Assembly: GCF_009914755.1 (NCBI RefSeq) | Contig: NC_060943.1 | Origin: the human T2T-CHM13v2.0 reference genome, Homo sapiens | Reading direction: 5' to 3' (one strand) | Length of the DNA stretch: 64,000 bases | Part shown: one piece after another, positions 36,787-51,915 of the stretch | Layout: each line of letters opens with the position of its first letter | Numbering within the stretch: the first letter of the stretch is position 1 | Notes under the pieces: model-generated | The model's input: only the letters and a program-made list of their open reading frames with translations | Databases searched by the model: none | What the model was told of the DNA's origin: nothing | Made by a program: the position numbers and the translations under genes

Positions 36787-37386
36787 TGTTATCAAGAGAG
36801 CAGAGTCCCTGCAATGGTCCATTAATTTAGAAAGTTTATTTTGCCACAGTTAAGTAGGAGCCTGTGACACAGCCTCAGGAGGTCCTGATGAAATGTTCCC
36901 AGGGTGGTTGGGGTACAGTTTCTTATACATTTTAGAAAGTCATGAGACATCAATCAATATGTTTAAGATGTACATTGGTTTAGTCAGGTATGATGGGAAA
37001 ACTTGAGGTTGGGGCTTCTGCATCACAAGTAGATAAGAGAAAAAAGAATAAATGTATTTGAGCCCTTGATAAGTCTCCCACTGAGTACACAATTTAGTCT
37101 GGCTCAGTGAATCTGCATTTTGATATTAACAATAGAGCAGAGAAAGTAAGCAGATATGTATTTGTCTCAGGTGAGCCTCAGAGGGATGACTTTGAGTTCT
37201 GTCTGTCGTCTACTCAGTAGAAATATTCTTGTCAGCAAATTGTGAGGTAGGTGTATAGCTTTTTTATCTGCATAGCTATCTTATTTAAGAATAAAATAGA
37301 AGACAGCTTTGCTTGACATAGTTTCCAGCTTGACTTTTCTATTGGATTAGTAATTTTGACATCCTGAGATTTATTTTTCTTTCACA
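36787..37386 (-). mobile_element. MER4-family LTR
   Basis: TTTAGAAAGTTTATTTTGCC...GTGACACAGCCTCAGGAGGTCCTGA...GAGATTTATTTTTCTTTCACA. Confidence 0.85.
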
Positions 37387-37601
37387 GCGGGGAACTTTTG
37401 ATTATCAAGTGTATCTGTTTAAACTTGACAATAAAACAATGTATCTATTCAGAAGTAACAAATAGAGGTTAATGGAAAACTTATAAAACAAATATAACTA
37501 TTTGTCTTTATAATCTTTCACAATAGCCCATCTTAGGTCTTCCATTTCTTATTCACTATAATTTAAATAAAATTTTTTCATAATGTTATAGTTGATCTCT
37601 T

Positions 37602-37730
37602 TGTCTGCGGCATTAAAACGAGGGTGATTCCATCTTGAATAGTGTCAGGTAAAATGAGGCTGAGACCTATTGGGCTGCATCCTCAGGTTAGGCATTCTTA
37701 GTCACAGGATGAGATAGGAGGTCAGCACAA
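37602..37730 (+). mobile_element. MER41 LTR 5' fragment
   Basis: TCCATCTTGAATAG...AAAATGAGGCTGAGACCTA...GTCACAGGATGAGATAGGAGGTCAGCACAA. Confidence 0.8.
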
Positions 37731-40618
37731 CTTACACTGTATTTAGCAATATGTCACAATCATCCCTGTAAGCAGGGTGCAGGCACAATACAGGAGTCAG
37801 ATATTTAGGTCATGGATGCAGAGATATGTCACAGAGTCCCCAGGGGCAGGGTCAAGAAAGGAGCTTTCTATTCCCTAGGAGTTGAGCCCACCAATATATC
37901 ACAATACCCAAAATATGTGAGACCCACCCCCCCCAAAAAATAAAGAGAATCACATCACCAAGGTGCTGGGTCAGGTGATATGTTGCAATTGCCATTTGTG
38001 GCAGACTCCAGCCATAAGAACAGAGTCACAACACCTAAGTGATAAAACGATATTTCATAATACCCTTCTGAAAACAGTCCATGCAGAAGACTCATATTAC
38101 GTAGGTGCTGGTTTCAGCCATACATCACAATGCACAATGTATGCAGAGACCAGGCAAAAAAATGAGTCACATCTTGGGCAGAGCCAAAGCAGTAAATGAG
38201 AGTCACATCACCTAGGTTCTGGGTACAGAAATGTCACAGTACCCTCTGAGGAAAGAGCCCTGGCAGAAAAGTCACATCATCTAGGTGAGAGACCCAGAGA
38301 TATGTCACAATGCACCCTGTGAGTAGGGCTCAGAAAGAAGAGAAAGATCACATAACCTAAGAGCTGGACCCAGCTACATATCACAACCACCTTAGTGGGC
38401 AGGGCCAAAGCATGAGAAGAGCCACATCATGTAAGTACTTGACCAAGTGATATGTCACAACCTTCACTGTGGACAGGCCCCAGGAAAGAGAGTAGAGTCA
38501 CATCATCTAGGTGATGGGCCCAGAGATATGTTACAATAACTTCTGTGGACAGGGACCAGACAGAAGAATGACATAGCCTGTGTGCTGATCTCAGGGATAA
38601 GTCACTCTCTTTTATGGGAGCATGGCCGTGAGAGGAAAGGAGAATCACATCTTCTAAGTGCTGCCCCCAGAGATAAGTCACAATCTCTCCTATAGGCCAA
38701 ACCCAAGTAAAAGAGTCATAGCACTAAGATGGTAGGTTCACAGATATGTCACTATGCCTGCTGTGAGCAGAGTTTCAACAGACGGCTCACATTACCTTGT
38801 TCAGTCCAGCAGTATGTCATGATCTACATTGTGAGCAGAACCTATTTAGAAGAGAAGACTCACTTCAGCTAGGTGCTGGGACCAGTAATAGAAAAAAAAT
38901 CATTTATGTGTGAAGGGACCTGGTAGAAAAAGAGAGTCACATTACTTCAGTGATTGGTACAGAGGTGGGTCATAATGCTTCCTGTAGGCAGGACCCAGGA
39001 AGGAGAGTTACATCACCTGGATGTTGGACATAGCAATATGTCACAATAATCCATAATTGCAGGGCACAATCAGGAGAGTCACATAACCAAGGTGTGGGTC
39101 TCAGTCACATGTCACAAAGCCCTCTGTGGGCAGTGTCAAGGCATATGTACAGTCATACCACCTAGGTGTTGGGTCCAGCGATATGTCACAATCCAATCTA
39201 TAGGCTGGGCACTAGGCAAGAGAATCAAATTACTCAGGTGCTGGTCAGAGGTGTATTTCACAATTACAGTTGCAGTAAATGTAGGGAAAAATTAACAATC
39301 CTGCACATGACCCATTTCTAGGTATTAGAATCAACACCCTTTGTAAGTTGAGTTTGAGTACATCAGTTACAATCTCAATGGTGGACTGAATACATGTATA
39401 AGAGTCTCAATCTTTGCTGTGAACTGTGTCCCCAGTGAAGTCAAAACCTCACTGGTATGTTGAATCTTGGTCTGAGACTCATCAACCCACATATAGACTG
39501 AATCCATGTGTGAGAGTCAATTTTTCAACTTTTGGCTACCTCCAGGTGTGAGAATCACAACTTCAACAGTGAGCTGTGTTCATGTGGAAAGATGTCAATC
39601 TTTACTGTTTGCTGGGTGTGCGTATAAGTGTCACAATGTCACCTGTGATGGACCTCATTATAAAACTCTCTGTACCACCTGAGGTATTTATACAATATGC
39701 ATGATAGTCACAATTTTCTCTGAGACTTTTTCCTAGTATGGACTCATAATTGTACCTGTGGAACTAAGCCCATGTATGCGACTCAACAGCTCTCCAAGTA
39801 GCTGGGTCCAGAGAGAGAGTGTTCACCTGCCTATGACCTGGGTTTAGAAATGAGTCACCATGTGAACTGTGATGGCATGATCACACATGACAGTCAGAAT
39901 TTTTACTATGGACTGCATTCACCTGTGAAATTCAGGATCTCTCCAGTGGGCATCACATTCTCTGTACCATCAAAACACTTTATACAAAATGTGAAAGAAT
40001 AGTAATCCTCTATGATGTTATTATCTAGAGAAGACCCAGGAATATACCCATTTCTCCAAGTTTAGTTACAAGTGCCAGTATCTCTCCTTTTGGCTGATTC
40101 ATGGTATTAGTGTCAACATCACAACTGTGAGCTTGGCTAAGGTATATGTCGCAACCCAAACTGTAGAAAGAAAACAGGAGAGTAGCATCACCTGGGTGCT
40201 GGGACAGAAATATGTTACAATTTTTTTAGGGCAGGGGCCAAGCAGAGAGTCATATCACTTGGTTGCCTGGCCAGGGTTATGTTACAATTCTCTTCCAAAA
40301 GCAAGGCACAGAAAGCAAAGTCACATTAATTGGGTAATGGACTCAGCTATATGTCACAATTTTCTCTGCAGTTAAGACATGTGTACAAGAAAATCACCAC
40401 CTGGTTGCTGAACTCAGAGGCATGCCACAATCTTCTGTGTGGGCATGGTGCAGATGGAAGAGGAGAGTCACACCTCCAAAGTAATGGATGAAGAGCTATG
40501 TCACAAGGCCTCTTGTAGGCAGAGCCCAAGCAAGAGCCTTTCACCCACTTGGTTTGACCCAGCAATATGTCTTAATACCTAAAATACACAGGGCCGATTT
40601 GAAAGATGAGAGTGATAA

Positions 40619-40962
<344 letters not shown>

Positions 40963-42296
40963 TTACAATCCCCCCTTTATACAGGGCTCAAGTAGAAAAG
41001 GACAGTTAAATCACCTAGGTGATAAACAAAATATGTCATAATTTCCTTATCAGAAGGGCTCATGGGGGAGAGTCACATCACCTAGCTGTTGGACACAGCC
41101 ATACTTCAATATACACAATTTTAAATATACATAATATACAATTTGTATATTGAAATATGGTTGGGTCCAACACCTAGCTGATGTGACTCTCCTGCATAAG
41201 CCCTACCAACAGGGGACATATGACATATTATTTTATTTATCACCTAAGTGATGTAACTCTTCTTTCTCACCTGAACCCTGTAGAAGGAGAGGAGAGTCAC
41301 ATCACCAAGGTGCTGGGCCCAGTGATATATCACAATCCCTCCTTGGGCAGAGCCCAAGCACTAGAAAAGAGTAACATCAGCTTATTGCTAGGTCAGTAAA
41401 ATATGGGACAAAACTCCCTAAAAAACAAAAGGCCCATGCAGCAGTCTACCTAATTTAGAGCTTCAGAGATATGTCAAAATGCCCTATGTGGGTGAAGTTC
41501 AGGTCAAAGAGAAATGTTATATAACCTAGGGCCTTCACCTAGTTATATGTCACAGTCACCCCAGTGGGCAATGCTCAGGCATGGGGAAAATGTTAAGTAG
41601 GTGCTGAGACAAGTGATCTGTCATAATCCCCACTGTTGACAGGTCTCAGAGACAAAAAAAAAAAAAAAAAAGTCATATCATCTAGTTTAGTGGGCCAGGG
41701 ACATTCACTATGTCCTCTGTAGACAGGTATGAGACAGAAAAATTACATCACCTGTATACTGTGCCTAGGGACTAGTCACTCTCCCTTCTGTGGTCAGGGC
41801 CCAGGTAGGAGCAAAGGGTAACATCATGTAGGTGCTTGGCCCAGATATGTTACAACGTCCCCTATGGAAAAGCCCATGTAAAAGTGGAGAGTAACATCAA
41901 ATAGATGATGGGTCCAGGAATGTGGCAAAATGTCTCCTGTAGCCAGGGTCTAGGTAGGAGATTCACATCACATGGGTGTTAGACCCAGCAATATGTTACA
42001 ACAGCCCATGTGGGCAGGGCACATAAATGACAAACACATTACCTGGGTGCAGAGACCAGTGATATGTCACAATGCCCTCTTTGGCAGCACCAAGGCATGA
42101 GTACAGGGTCACATCATCCACATACTTGTTCCAACAATATGTCCCAATCCCATCTGTGCACTGGCCCCAGGCAGGAGAGTCAAATCACTCAGGCTATGTG
42201 CAGAGACATGTTTGACAATCACACATGCAGAAAGGCTCAGGGATAACATGAATAATTTTTCACATATTCCCATCCTAGGTATGAGAGTCAATACCA

Positions 42297-42611
<315 letters not shown>

Positions 42612-42970
42612 TCAAGACCATTTGGAGGTTGGGTCTAAGTACACAAATCACAATCTCAATGTGGATGGATTCCTGAATAAGAGCCTCAATCTCTCCTTCA
42701 GACTGGGTCTTCTCAGTAAAATCATAGCCTCAGAGTTGTGCTGAATCTTGGTCTGAATTACCAGCCCAGATGTGGACCAGATCCACATACGAGAGTCAAT
42801 GTTGCAACTTTCCACTCCCTCCAGGGTTGAGATTCAGAACTTCAGAAGTAGGTTGTGTTTATCTAAAAGGATGGCGTAGTTACTGCTGACTGGTTTTGAG
42901 TACCAGTATCACAATGTCACCAGTGTGCTTGGTCATGTAAGGGCATTCAATGTATTACTGAGGGCTTTAT

Positions 42971-45969
42971 TGCCAGGTGTGTCCCACAGATTCTGGTCTA
43001 TGGATTAAATTAGTACTCAGACACAGGTATGCAGTGTAAGAGCAGCTAAGGGAATGCCAGGCTTTAGTAGCCAAAGTGCAGCCCTAAGAAGCTGGAGCCA
43101 CTTGCTTTTTTCAGTGCAGGCACAATACCAAAAACCTGGAGCCAACACAAGCTGCAGGTAATTAACATTTATTGTTCCCCTTTCAGGGAATGTCACACAC
43201 GCAAATGATCAAAGGTCAGTTCCTGATCAACATAAGTAAATAAGCCTGTTTAAGATAAATTCTTCCACACTCCCTTGTACCTACTGCTTGCTCTCTGCCT
43301 CAGGGTTATAGAACAGCTGCCTTCAGCTATTCTCCCCTGGAGCTCTGCAGGACCTTCCAACATTTCAGAAAATTTGCGTTCTTTCCCTATCCTTTTTCCA
43401 CCACTCTGACCAATCTCCCACATCTCCCCTTTTTCTGTTTTTTTGCATCAGGTTTTGTTGATTGAAGCATACAGATCTGAGCAGCGACAGGTTTGACTGG
43501 TGCAATGGTTACAGTTTGTGTTCCAGCTTTGCACCCTAGAACCAGTAAATAACATAAGACAAACATGAGTATAATCAATATTATTCTTTTCCAATCAAGG
43601 ATTGATATGTAATGTTACTTGGCACCTGAGTCCAATGTGTGCCATTACTGAGGGACCCCACCGGGGGTAAGTCAATACCTCCCAGCCAATTGGTCACGTT
43701 GTCAGAGGCTGAGAAGGGGGTACCTTCCCAAGTAAAATGCCGTAAGAAAGGCAGATCTAGAAGATGGGCCCAATAGTTTATAGCAGGTGTGGGTTGCAGG
43801 CAAAAAGAGAGAATAAGAAGAATCAGTATTCTATAAGAGTTGCAATGTGGAATAAAAAGCATAGCAAAGAACAAATTATATGGATTGAATGGTATCTGTG
43901 TCTGAAGCAGATTTGTTCAGCCTCCTGAGTTGTGTTCTTCAGCATTCCCCAGGTAATGTCTGGGGCCTGTGTCATCCAAGGAAGCCACATCATCCAGGGT
44001 TGTGGGTTCTGCATCGTCATTTCCTTTATTTCTGGTAGCAGGTTGGGCCCTAGTCATGCCGTGGTAAGGTTTGATGCATCATGCTGGAATCCAAAGAGGA
44101 CCTAAGGGGCTGTGAACACAAGCATATCCCCTTTCCCACGTTAGCAAATCATTTGGACCACACCGTACATTACTATTTACACCTTTCCATAAAACTGAAG
44201 GCTTTCTATTTTGAGAGGTTTTTGCAAAGTGCTTATCTATGGCTCATTGAAATGTATCATCTAAATTTAAGAAATTAAGAGTAAATAAGGCTTGTGCTAG
44301 TAGTGTTGTAAGGTCCCTACTCATATTCACCCTTTTTTGATTTTAAGCGTATTCTTAAGGGTGGAATGGGCACGTTTCACTATGACCTAAGTTAAATGAT
44401 TGATAAATTCAACAAATGGCTCCTGGGGCCCTTGTCATACATTTAGAAAAGATCACTGTTGAACTCCACCTTTGAGAATTTGGTCCCAGGCCCTGTGAGT
44501 GCACTGACTCTGTGCATAGGCTGGGGGAAAAATTTAATTGTTGTTGTACATTTACATAGGGACCCCTCCCCTGGAGTATAGCAGCTGTTATGTTTTGCCT
44601 GGCCAATTGATTCTGGTTAGCTTGTTGTTCTCATAACTCATCATGTTATGCCCTCCAGAGGAGGTATTGACTGGCCTCTGAAGTTGTTTTAGCTAGCACT
44701 AACCAGTCCCATGGGGTCATGTGGAAGTTATATGCTATGGCCTCAATTAATCCTTTCATAAATGGGCTAGTGGCTCCATTTTCTCTAATGCTCTTTCTTA
44801 TTTCTTTATAAGTCTTGAAAGCAATGGGTTCATGTACATGATTGCCTTGTTGATCTTCCATCATCAGGCAAGCCAAGAGCTCCCCCTCTAATGCTGCTTG
44901 CCTAAGACAGGGTCCCATAACTGTAGTGTATCCCTTGTCTTTTTCTCAATTTACTGGGGGAGGGGCTCAGGGAAAATCTATGTCTCCTCTGTGGCACCTT
45001 CACTCGGTAATGGCGGGGCTGAGAGAGGAGGAGATAGTAAGGTAGGTGATGATTCTTCCTCCCTTCCCATTTTATGCTCTTCTGTGTAGAGTGGGGCCAA
45101 AGCAGTCCTAACTTAAGGCCCATAACATTAAAGAACATTAAAGATGCTACTGGGACTCATTGTCCTTGTGCATAATGTCATTTAAGATTTCTTCCCACTT
45201 GTTCCCAGAGCTCTAGGTCTAGTGTGCCTTCTTCTAGGAATTATTGGTTACAGAAAATAACAGTTTGCATTAGGGCCCTTAATTGAGCCTTTGAAACCGA
45301 GGCTTCACTAGCTTTAAGCAGTTGTTTCAATACTTTTATATACTGTTGCTGTTGAGCTGATTACTGTTGTCTCATGATGAAACCCTAGGTTGAAAAATCC
45401 CCCAAACTTGGAAATCCCCAGCGGGCATCAATTACTTACTGTGCAGTAACTTCACTTTCGTTTTTGAGGGTTCCATCATGATGCATTTCATTGCTTCTTA
45501 CATGGGGCACCACCTGCTGGGTCTGTCCCACAGATCCTGGCAGACAGTTGAAATGAGTACTCAGACACAGGTATGCAGTGTAAGAGCAGCTAGGGGATTG
45601 CCCAGCTCTAGTGGCCAGAGTGCAATCCAAAAAACTGGAGCTGCTTGCTTTTATTCCATGCAAGCACAATGCTGACAACCTGGAACCAACACAACCTGCA
45701 GGTAATTAACATATATTGTTCCCCTTTCAGAGAACGTCATGCAGATGATCAAAGGTCAGTTCCTGGTGAACACAAGTAAATATGTAAAGAAGTCTCTTTA
45801 AGATAAATTCCCTCACACTCCCTTGTATCTACCCCTTCTCCTCTGTCTCAGGATTATAAAACAGCTGCCTTCAGCTATTCTCCCCTGGTGCTCTGCAGTA
45901 CCTTCTGACCTTTCAGAAGGTTTGCATCTTTCCCTATAATTTTTCCACCACTCTGACTGATCCCCCACA
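42971..45969 (-). mobile_element. Internally deleted HERV-K(HML-5)/HERVK22 provirus with LTR22-type LTRs (5'LTR 45515-45969, 3'LTR 42971-43422)
   Basis: Paired ~455-bp LTRs, 6-bp TSD CTTTAT, Met-type PBS, PPT 43423-43434, gag/IN/env remnants. Confidence 0.9.
45495..45512 (-). other. Primer-binding site, tRNA-Met(elongator)-type
   Basis: TGGTGCCCCATGTAAGAA versus expected TGGTGCCCCGTGTGAGGA (15/18). Confidence 0.75.
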
Positions 45970-46317
45970 CTTTATACAATATGCTTGTGAGTAGCAATCC
46001 ACTCTAAGGCATTTGTGATGGTATGGACCCATGATAGTACATGTGGCTCTAAGCCCAGGAATGAGTCAACATCTCTCCAATTGGCTGATCCATATAGGAG
46101 GTGCCTCACCTGCCTATCACCTACATTTAGAAGTGAGTCATCATTTGTAGCTTTAGAAATGAGCCATTTCTGGCTGTATGTTTGCACATCACTGTCACAA
46201 TTCCAACTGTGGACTGCATCTGCATATGAGATTTAGGACCTCACCAGTGGGCTCTGTCTATGTAGAGATTACAATTGTAATGTGTGGCAGGATGTTCTTT
46301 TAAGAAACACAATCTTG

Positions 46318-46615
<298 letters not shown>

Positions 46616-46761
46616 AGAAACACAATATCATCCGTGTTTTTGTCACTTGATGACACTCTTTGTGCCACCCAAGGGCTTTGTACAATATTTGAGAGAGTGG
46701 CAATTCTCTATGAACTCAGTGAAAAGAAAAGACAGGATCGTGTTCATTTTCCTAACACTAG

Positions 46762-47167
<406 letters not shown>

Positions 47168-47319
47168 TAGGGAGTGAGCAGAAGGGTCACATCACCTGGG
47201 GGTGGTCTAAAGGTATGTCACGATCTCTTCTGAGGGCAAGAACCAGACAGGAGAGTCATAACACATCACCTAGGTGCTTAGCCAGGGATGCATTAAAATC
47301 AATTCCTATAAGGCAGACT

Positions 47320-47615
47320 TGGGTGCTCTGGCTCATGCTGGCAATCTCAGCACTTTGGGAGACCAAGGCAAGTGGATCACCTGCCAGCCAAGGCAACATG
47401 TTGGAACCCCACCTCCACTAAAAATACAAAAATTAGCCTGTTGTGGTGATGCATGCCTTTAATCCCAGCTACTTGGGAGGCTAAGGCAGGAGAACCACTT
47501 GAATCCAGGAGGCAGAGGTTGAAATGAGCCGAGATCACATCACTGCACTCCAACCTGGATGACAGTGTGAGATTCTGTCAAAAAAAGAAAGGAAGAAAGA
47601 AAGAAAGAGAGAAAA
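47320..47615 (+). mobile_element. AluS with internal deletion
   Basis: Alu consensus. Confidence 0.85.
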
Positions 47616-48349
47616 GATGGGCATAGGCCACAAGTCACATCACCTGGGTGCTGAGCCCAGTGATATGTTACAACGCTGTCTTTGAGCAACACCCTGAGAG
47701 GTGAGACACACACCTGGTGGCTGATCCCACTGACATGCTACAATCTTTTCTTCGTGCATCGTACATGTAGGTGAGGAGAGTCACATTTCATAGGTGGTGG
47801 ATGCCAAAATATGTCACACGGTACCTGTGGGCAGGACCCAGGCAGGAGCCTCTCATCCCCTAATGTCAGACTCTGTGATATATAACAATATGCAAAATAT
47901 GCAAGGTCCAGTCAAAAGATGAGTTACATCATCTAGGTGCTGGGCCCAATGATACGTTACATTTCCTACTGTGGACAGGTCCAGAAAGATAAGGAGACAC
48001 CTATCACTTAGGCCATCCAGAGATATGTCACAATGACCACTTGGGCAGGAACCAAGAAGAATCAAATCCCCTGTGTGCTGGGCCCAGCAATAAGTCACTC
48101 TCACTTCTGTTAGCATGACCCAGGCCCAAAGATATATTATAATCTAACCATGGACAAAGTGAAGATAAGAGAGGAGAGTCACATAAAATAGTTGATGGAC
48201 AGAAAACTCGCATCATCAGGGGTAGGGCCCAGCAATATGTCACAATGTCTTATGTGTGCAGGTCCAAGAAAAAAAAAAGTAATATCCCTTTGGTGCTTAG
48301 TTCAGTAATATTGTAAATATTGTACAATTTTTCCCACAGGAAAAACTAA

Positions 48350-48776
<427 letters not shown>

Positions 48777-50198
48777 ACAAAAAACATTTTAAAATGCCTC
48801 CTGTAGCCAAGGCCCAGGCATAAAATTTACATCACCTGAGTGTTAAACTCAGCAATATGTCACAATGGCCCAAGTGGGCAAATTGCAGGCAGTTGAGTCA
48901 CAAATTGTCAGTGCAGGGCCCAGCAATATGTCACAATGTCCCCTGACACCAAAACCTAAAAGAAGAGAAGAGTCACATAAGCTAGTTGCTGGGTGTAGCA
49001 ATATGCTACAATTTCCCTGTAAGCAGGGACCAGCAGAAGAGAGTCACATTACCTGGATGCTGGGCCCTGTGATATGTCAACCATCTTTCCTGTAATAAAG
49101 ACCCAGGAAGCAGAAACACATCATCTGGTTGCTGGCCACAGCAATATGCCACAACTTTCCGTGTAGGAAGGGTGCAGGTAGGAGAGTCACATCTCCTAGG
49201 TGAGGAATGCAGAGACATGTCACAATGCCCCTGTAGGAAGAGCACAGGTAGGAGACTCCCATCCCTTAGGTGTTAAGTTTAGCAATATGTCACAATACCC
49301 AAATATGCAGAGCCTGAAAAAAAGAGGAGAATCACATCACCTAGATGCTAGGCCAGTGATGTGTCACAATTTCTCTGAGCAGAGACCAGGCAGGAGAAAA
49401 GAGTAACATCACCATGGTGATGGGCACTGAGTTATGTCACAAGGTCCCCTGTAGGCAGACCCAGAAAAAAAAGTTACATCACCTAGGTGTTAAACCCAGA
49501 AAAATGTAACAATGTCTAATGTGATATATTGAGCCCCAATATGACACAACATGTAAGACACATTTGAGAGAGTCACATAACTTGGGTGCAATGTTGGTAG
49601 CAAGCCGTAAGCCTATCATAAATAGGTCTTAAAGATACTGGCCATAAACAGGATTTCTGCAGCAATGTGACATGCTTGTGATGGCTGTCATGCACACTGC
49701 TAAAAGTTGTTGGTTTACTGGAGCAGGGCAAGGGACACCTGGCCCAGCCTGGATGGAAAAACTGCTCAAACTGCAAATGATAGCAGGAGCAGCCTGTGCC
49801 TTGAGAGCATGTTTTTGCTGCAGATAATCAGCCAGAGCCTGTTTCTCTGCTCCTTTCTGAGAATCCTTTGTTTCCCATAAGGAATGCTTTTAGCTAATCT
49901 ATAATCTATAATCTATAGAAGCAATGCTTATCACTGGCTTTCTATCAATAAATGTGTGGGTCAAACTCTGTTCAAGGCTCTCAGCTCAGAAGGCTGTGAG
50001 ACCCCTGATTTCCCACTCCACACCCTATATTCTGTGTATGTGTCTTTAATTCCTCTAGCACTGCTGGGTTAGGGTCTCCACGATCGAGCTGGTCATGGCA
50101 AGCAGTGCCCAACGTGGAGGCTCAAACCCAGGTCAGTGTGTCACCAGAGCGACAGTTGGAGAACATAGAACTAAGTTGGAGGACACCTGAGTACTCTT

Positions 50199-51915
50199 TT
50201 TTTTTTTTTTTAGGGTTTTCAAAATAAAATTTTTCTTTTTTTTTTTTTTTACAGGTGAATTACATTTATTTATTTGCCATATTGTTCCTGTTTTTATCAT
50301 GGTGAATTAGAAGCACAATTGTGAAATGATGGTTTAAGGCTTTTTCCCTCCTGGACTTTTCTTTTTTTTTTTTTTTTAATTGATCATTCTTGGGTGTTTC
50401 TCACAGAGGGGGATTTGGCAGGGTCATAGGACAATAGTGGAGGGAAGGTCAGCAGATAAACAAGTGAACAAAGGTCTCTGGTTTTCCTAGGCAGAGGACC
50501 CTGCTGCCTTCCGCAGTGTTTGTGTCCCTGGGTACTTGAGATTAGGGAGTGGTGATGACTCTTAACGAGCATGCTGCCTTCAAGCATCTGTTTAACAAAG
50601 CACATCCTGCACCGCCCTTAATCCATTTAACCCTGAGTGGACACAACACATGTTTCAGAGAGCACAGGGTTGGGGGCAAGGTCATAGATCAACAGCATCC
50701 CAAGGCAGAAGAATCTCTCCTAGCACAGAACAAAATGGAGTCTCCCATGTCCACTTCTTTCTACAGAGACAAAGCAACAATCTGATTTCTCTATCTTTTC
50801 CCCACATTTCCCCCTTTTCTATTCCACAAAACCGCCATCGTCATCATGGCCCGTTCTCAATGAGCTGTTGGGTACACCTCCCAGATAGGGTGGCGGCTGG
50901 GCAGAGGGGCTCCTCACTTCCCAGAAGGGGCGGCCGGGCGGAGGCGCCCCCCACCTCCCTCCCGATGGGGCGGCTGGCCGGGCGGGGGCTGCCCCCCACC
51001 TCCCTCCCGGATGGGGCAGCTGGCCGGGCGGGGGCTGCCCCCCCACCTCCCTCCCGGACGGGGCGGCTGCCGGGCGGAGACGCTTCCTACTTCCCAGATG
51101 GGGTGGCTGCCAGGCGGAGAGGCTCCTCACTTCTCAGAAGGGGCGGCTGCCGGGCAGAGGGGCTCCTCACTTCTCAGATGGGGCGGCTGCCGGGCGAAGG
51201 AGCTCCTCACTTCTCAGACGGGGCGGCCGGGCAGAGATGCTCCTCACCTCCCAGACGGGGCGGCGGGGCAGAAGCACTCCCCACATCTCATGATGGGCGG
51301 CCGGGCAGAGATGCTCCTCACTTCCTAGACGGGATGGCGGCTGGGAGGAGGCGCTCCTCACTTCCCAGACTGGGCAGCCGGGCAGAGGGGCTCCTCACAT
51401 CCCAGATGATGGGTGGCCAGGCAGAGACACTCCTCACTTCCCAGACGGGGTGGCAGCCGGGCAGAGGCTGCAATCTCGGCACTTTGGGAGGCCAAGGCAG
51501 GCGGCTGGGAGGTGGAGGTTGTAGCTAGCCGAGATCACTCCACTGCACTCCAGCCTGGGCAACACTGAGCACTGAGTGAACGGGACTCCATCTGCAATCC
51601 CAGCACCTCAGGAGGCCGAGGCTGGCAGATCACTCTCGGTTAGGAGCTGGAGACCAGCCCGGCCAACACAGCGAAACCCCGTCTTCACGAAAAAAATACA
51701 AAAACCAGTCAGGCATGGCTGCGCGCACCTGCAATCGCAGGCACTCGGCAGGCTGAGGCAGGAGAATCAGGCAGGGAGGTTGCAGTGAGCAGAGATGGCA
51801 GCAGTACAGTCCAGCTTCGGCTCGGCATCAGAGGGAGACCTTGGAAAGAGAGGGAGAGGGAGACCGTGGGGAGAGGGAGAGGGAGACCATGGGGAGAGGA
51901 AGAGGGAGAGGGAGC
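50199..51915 (-). mobile_element. Full-length SVA (older B/C-like, short VNTR) with 3' transductions, inserted in the HML-3 leader
   Basis: (CCCTCT)n ~51830-51915, Alu-like region, GC-rich VNTR ~50870-51460, SINE-R ~50380-50870, poly(A); 15-bp TSD CACCTGAGTACTCTT at 50184-50198 and 51916-51930. Confidence 0.95.

Noticed and set aside
45495-45512. APOBEC3 hypermutation of HML-5 from G>A changes in the PBS
   Set aside because: Only three sites, one a CpG; insufficient without alignment to consensus
50650-51528. 292-aa GC-rich ORF
   Set aside because: Antisense reading of the SVA VNTR/SINE-R, which is stop-poor by composition
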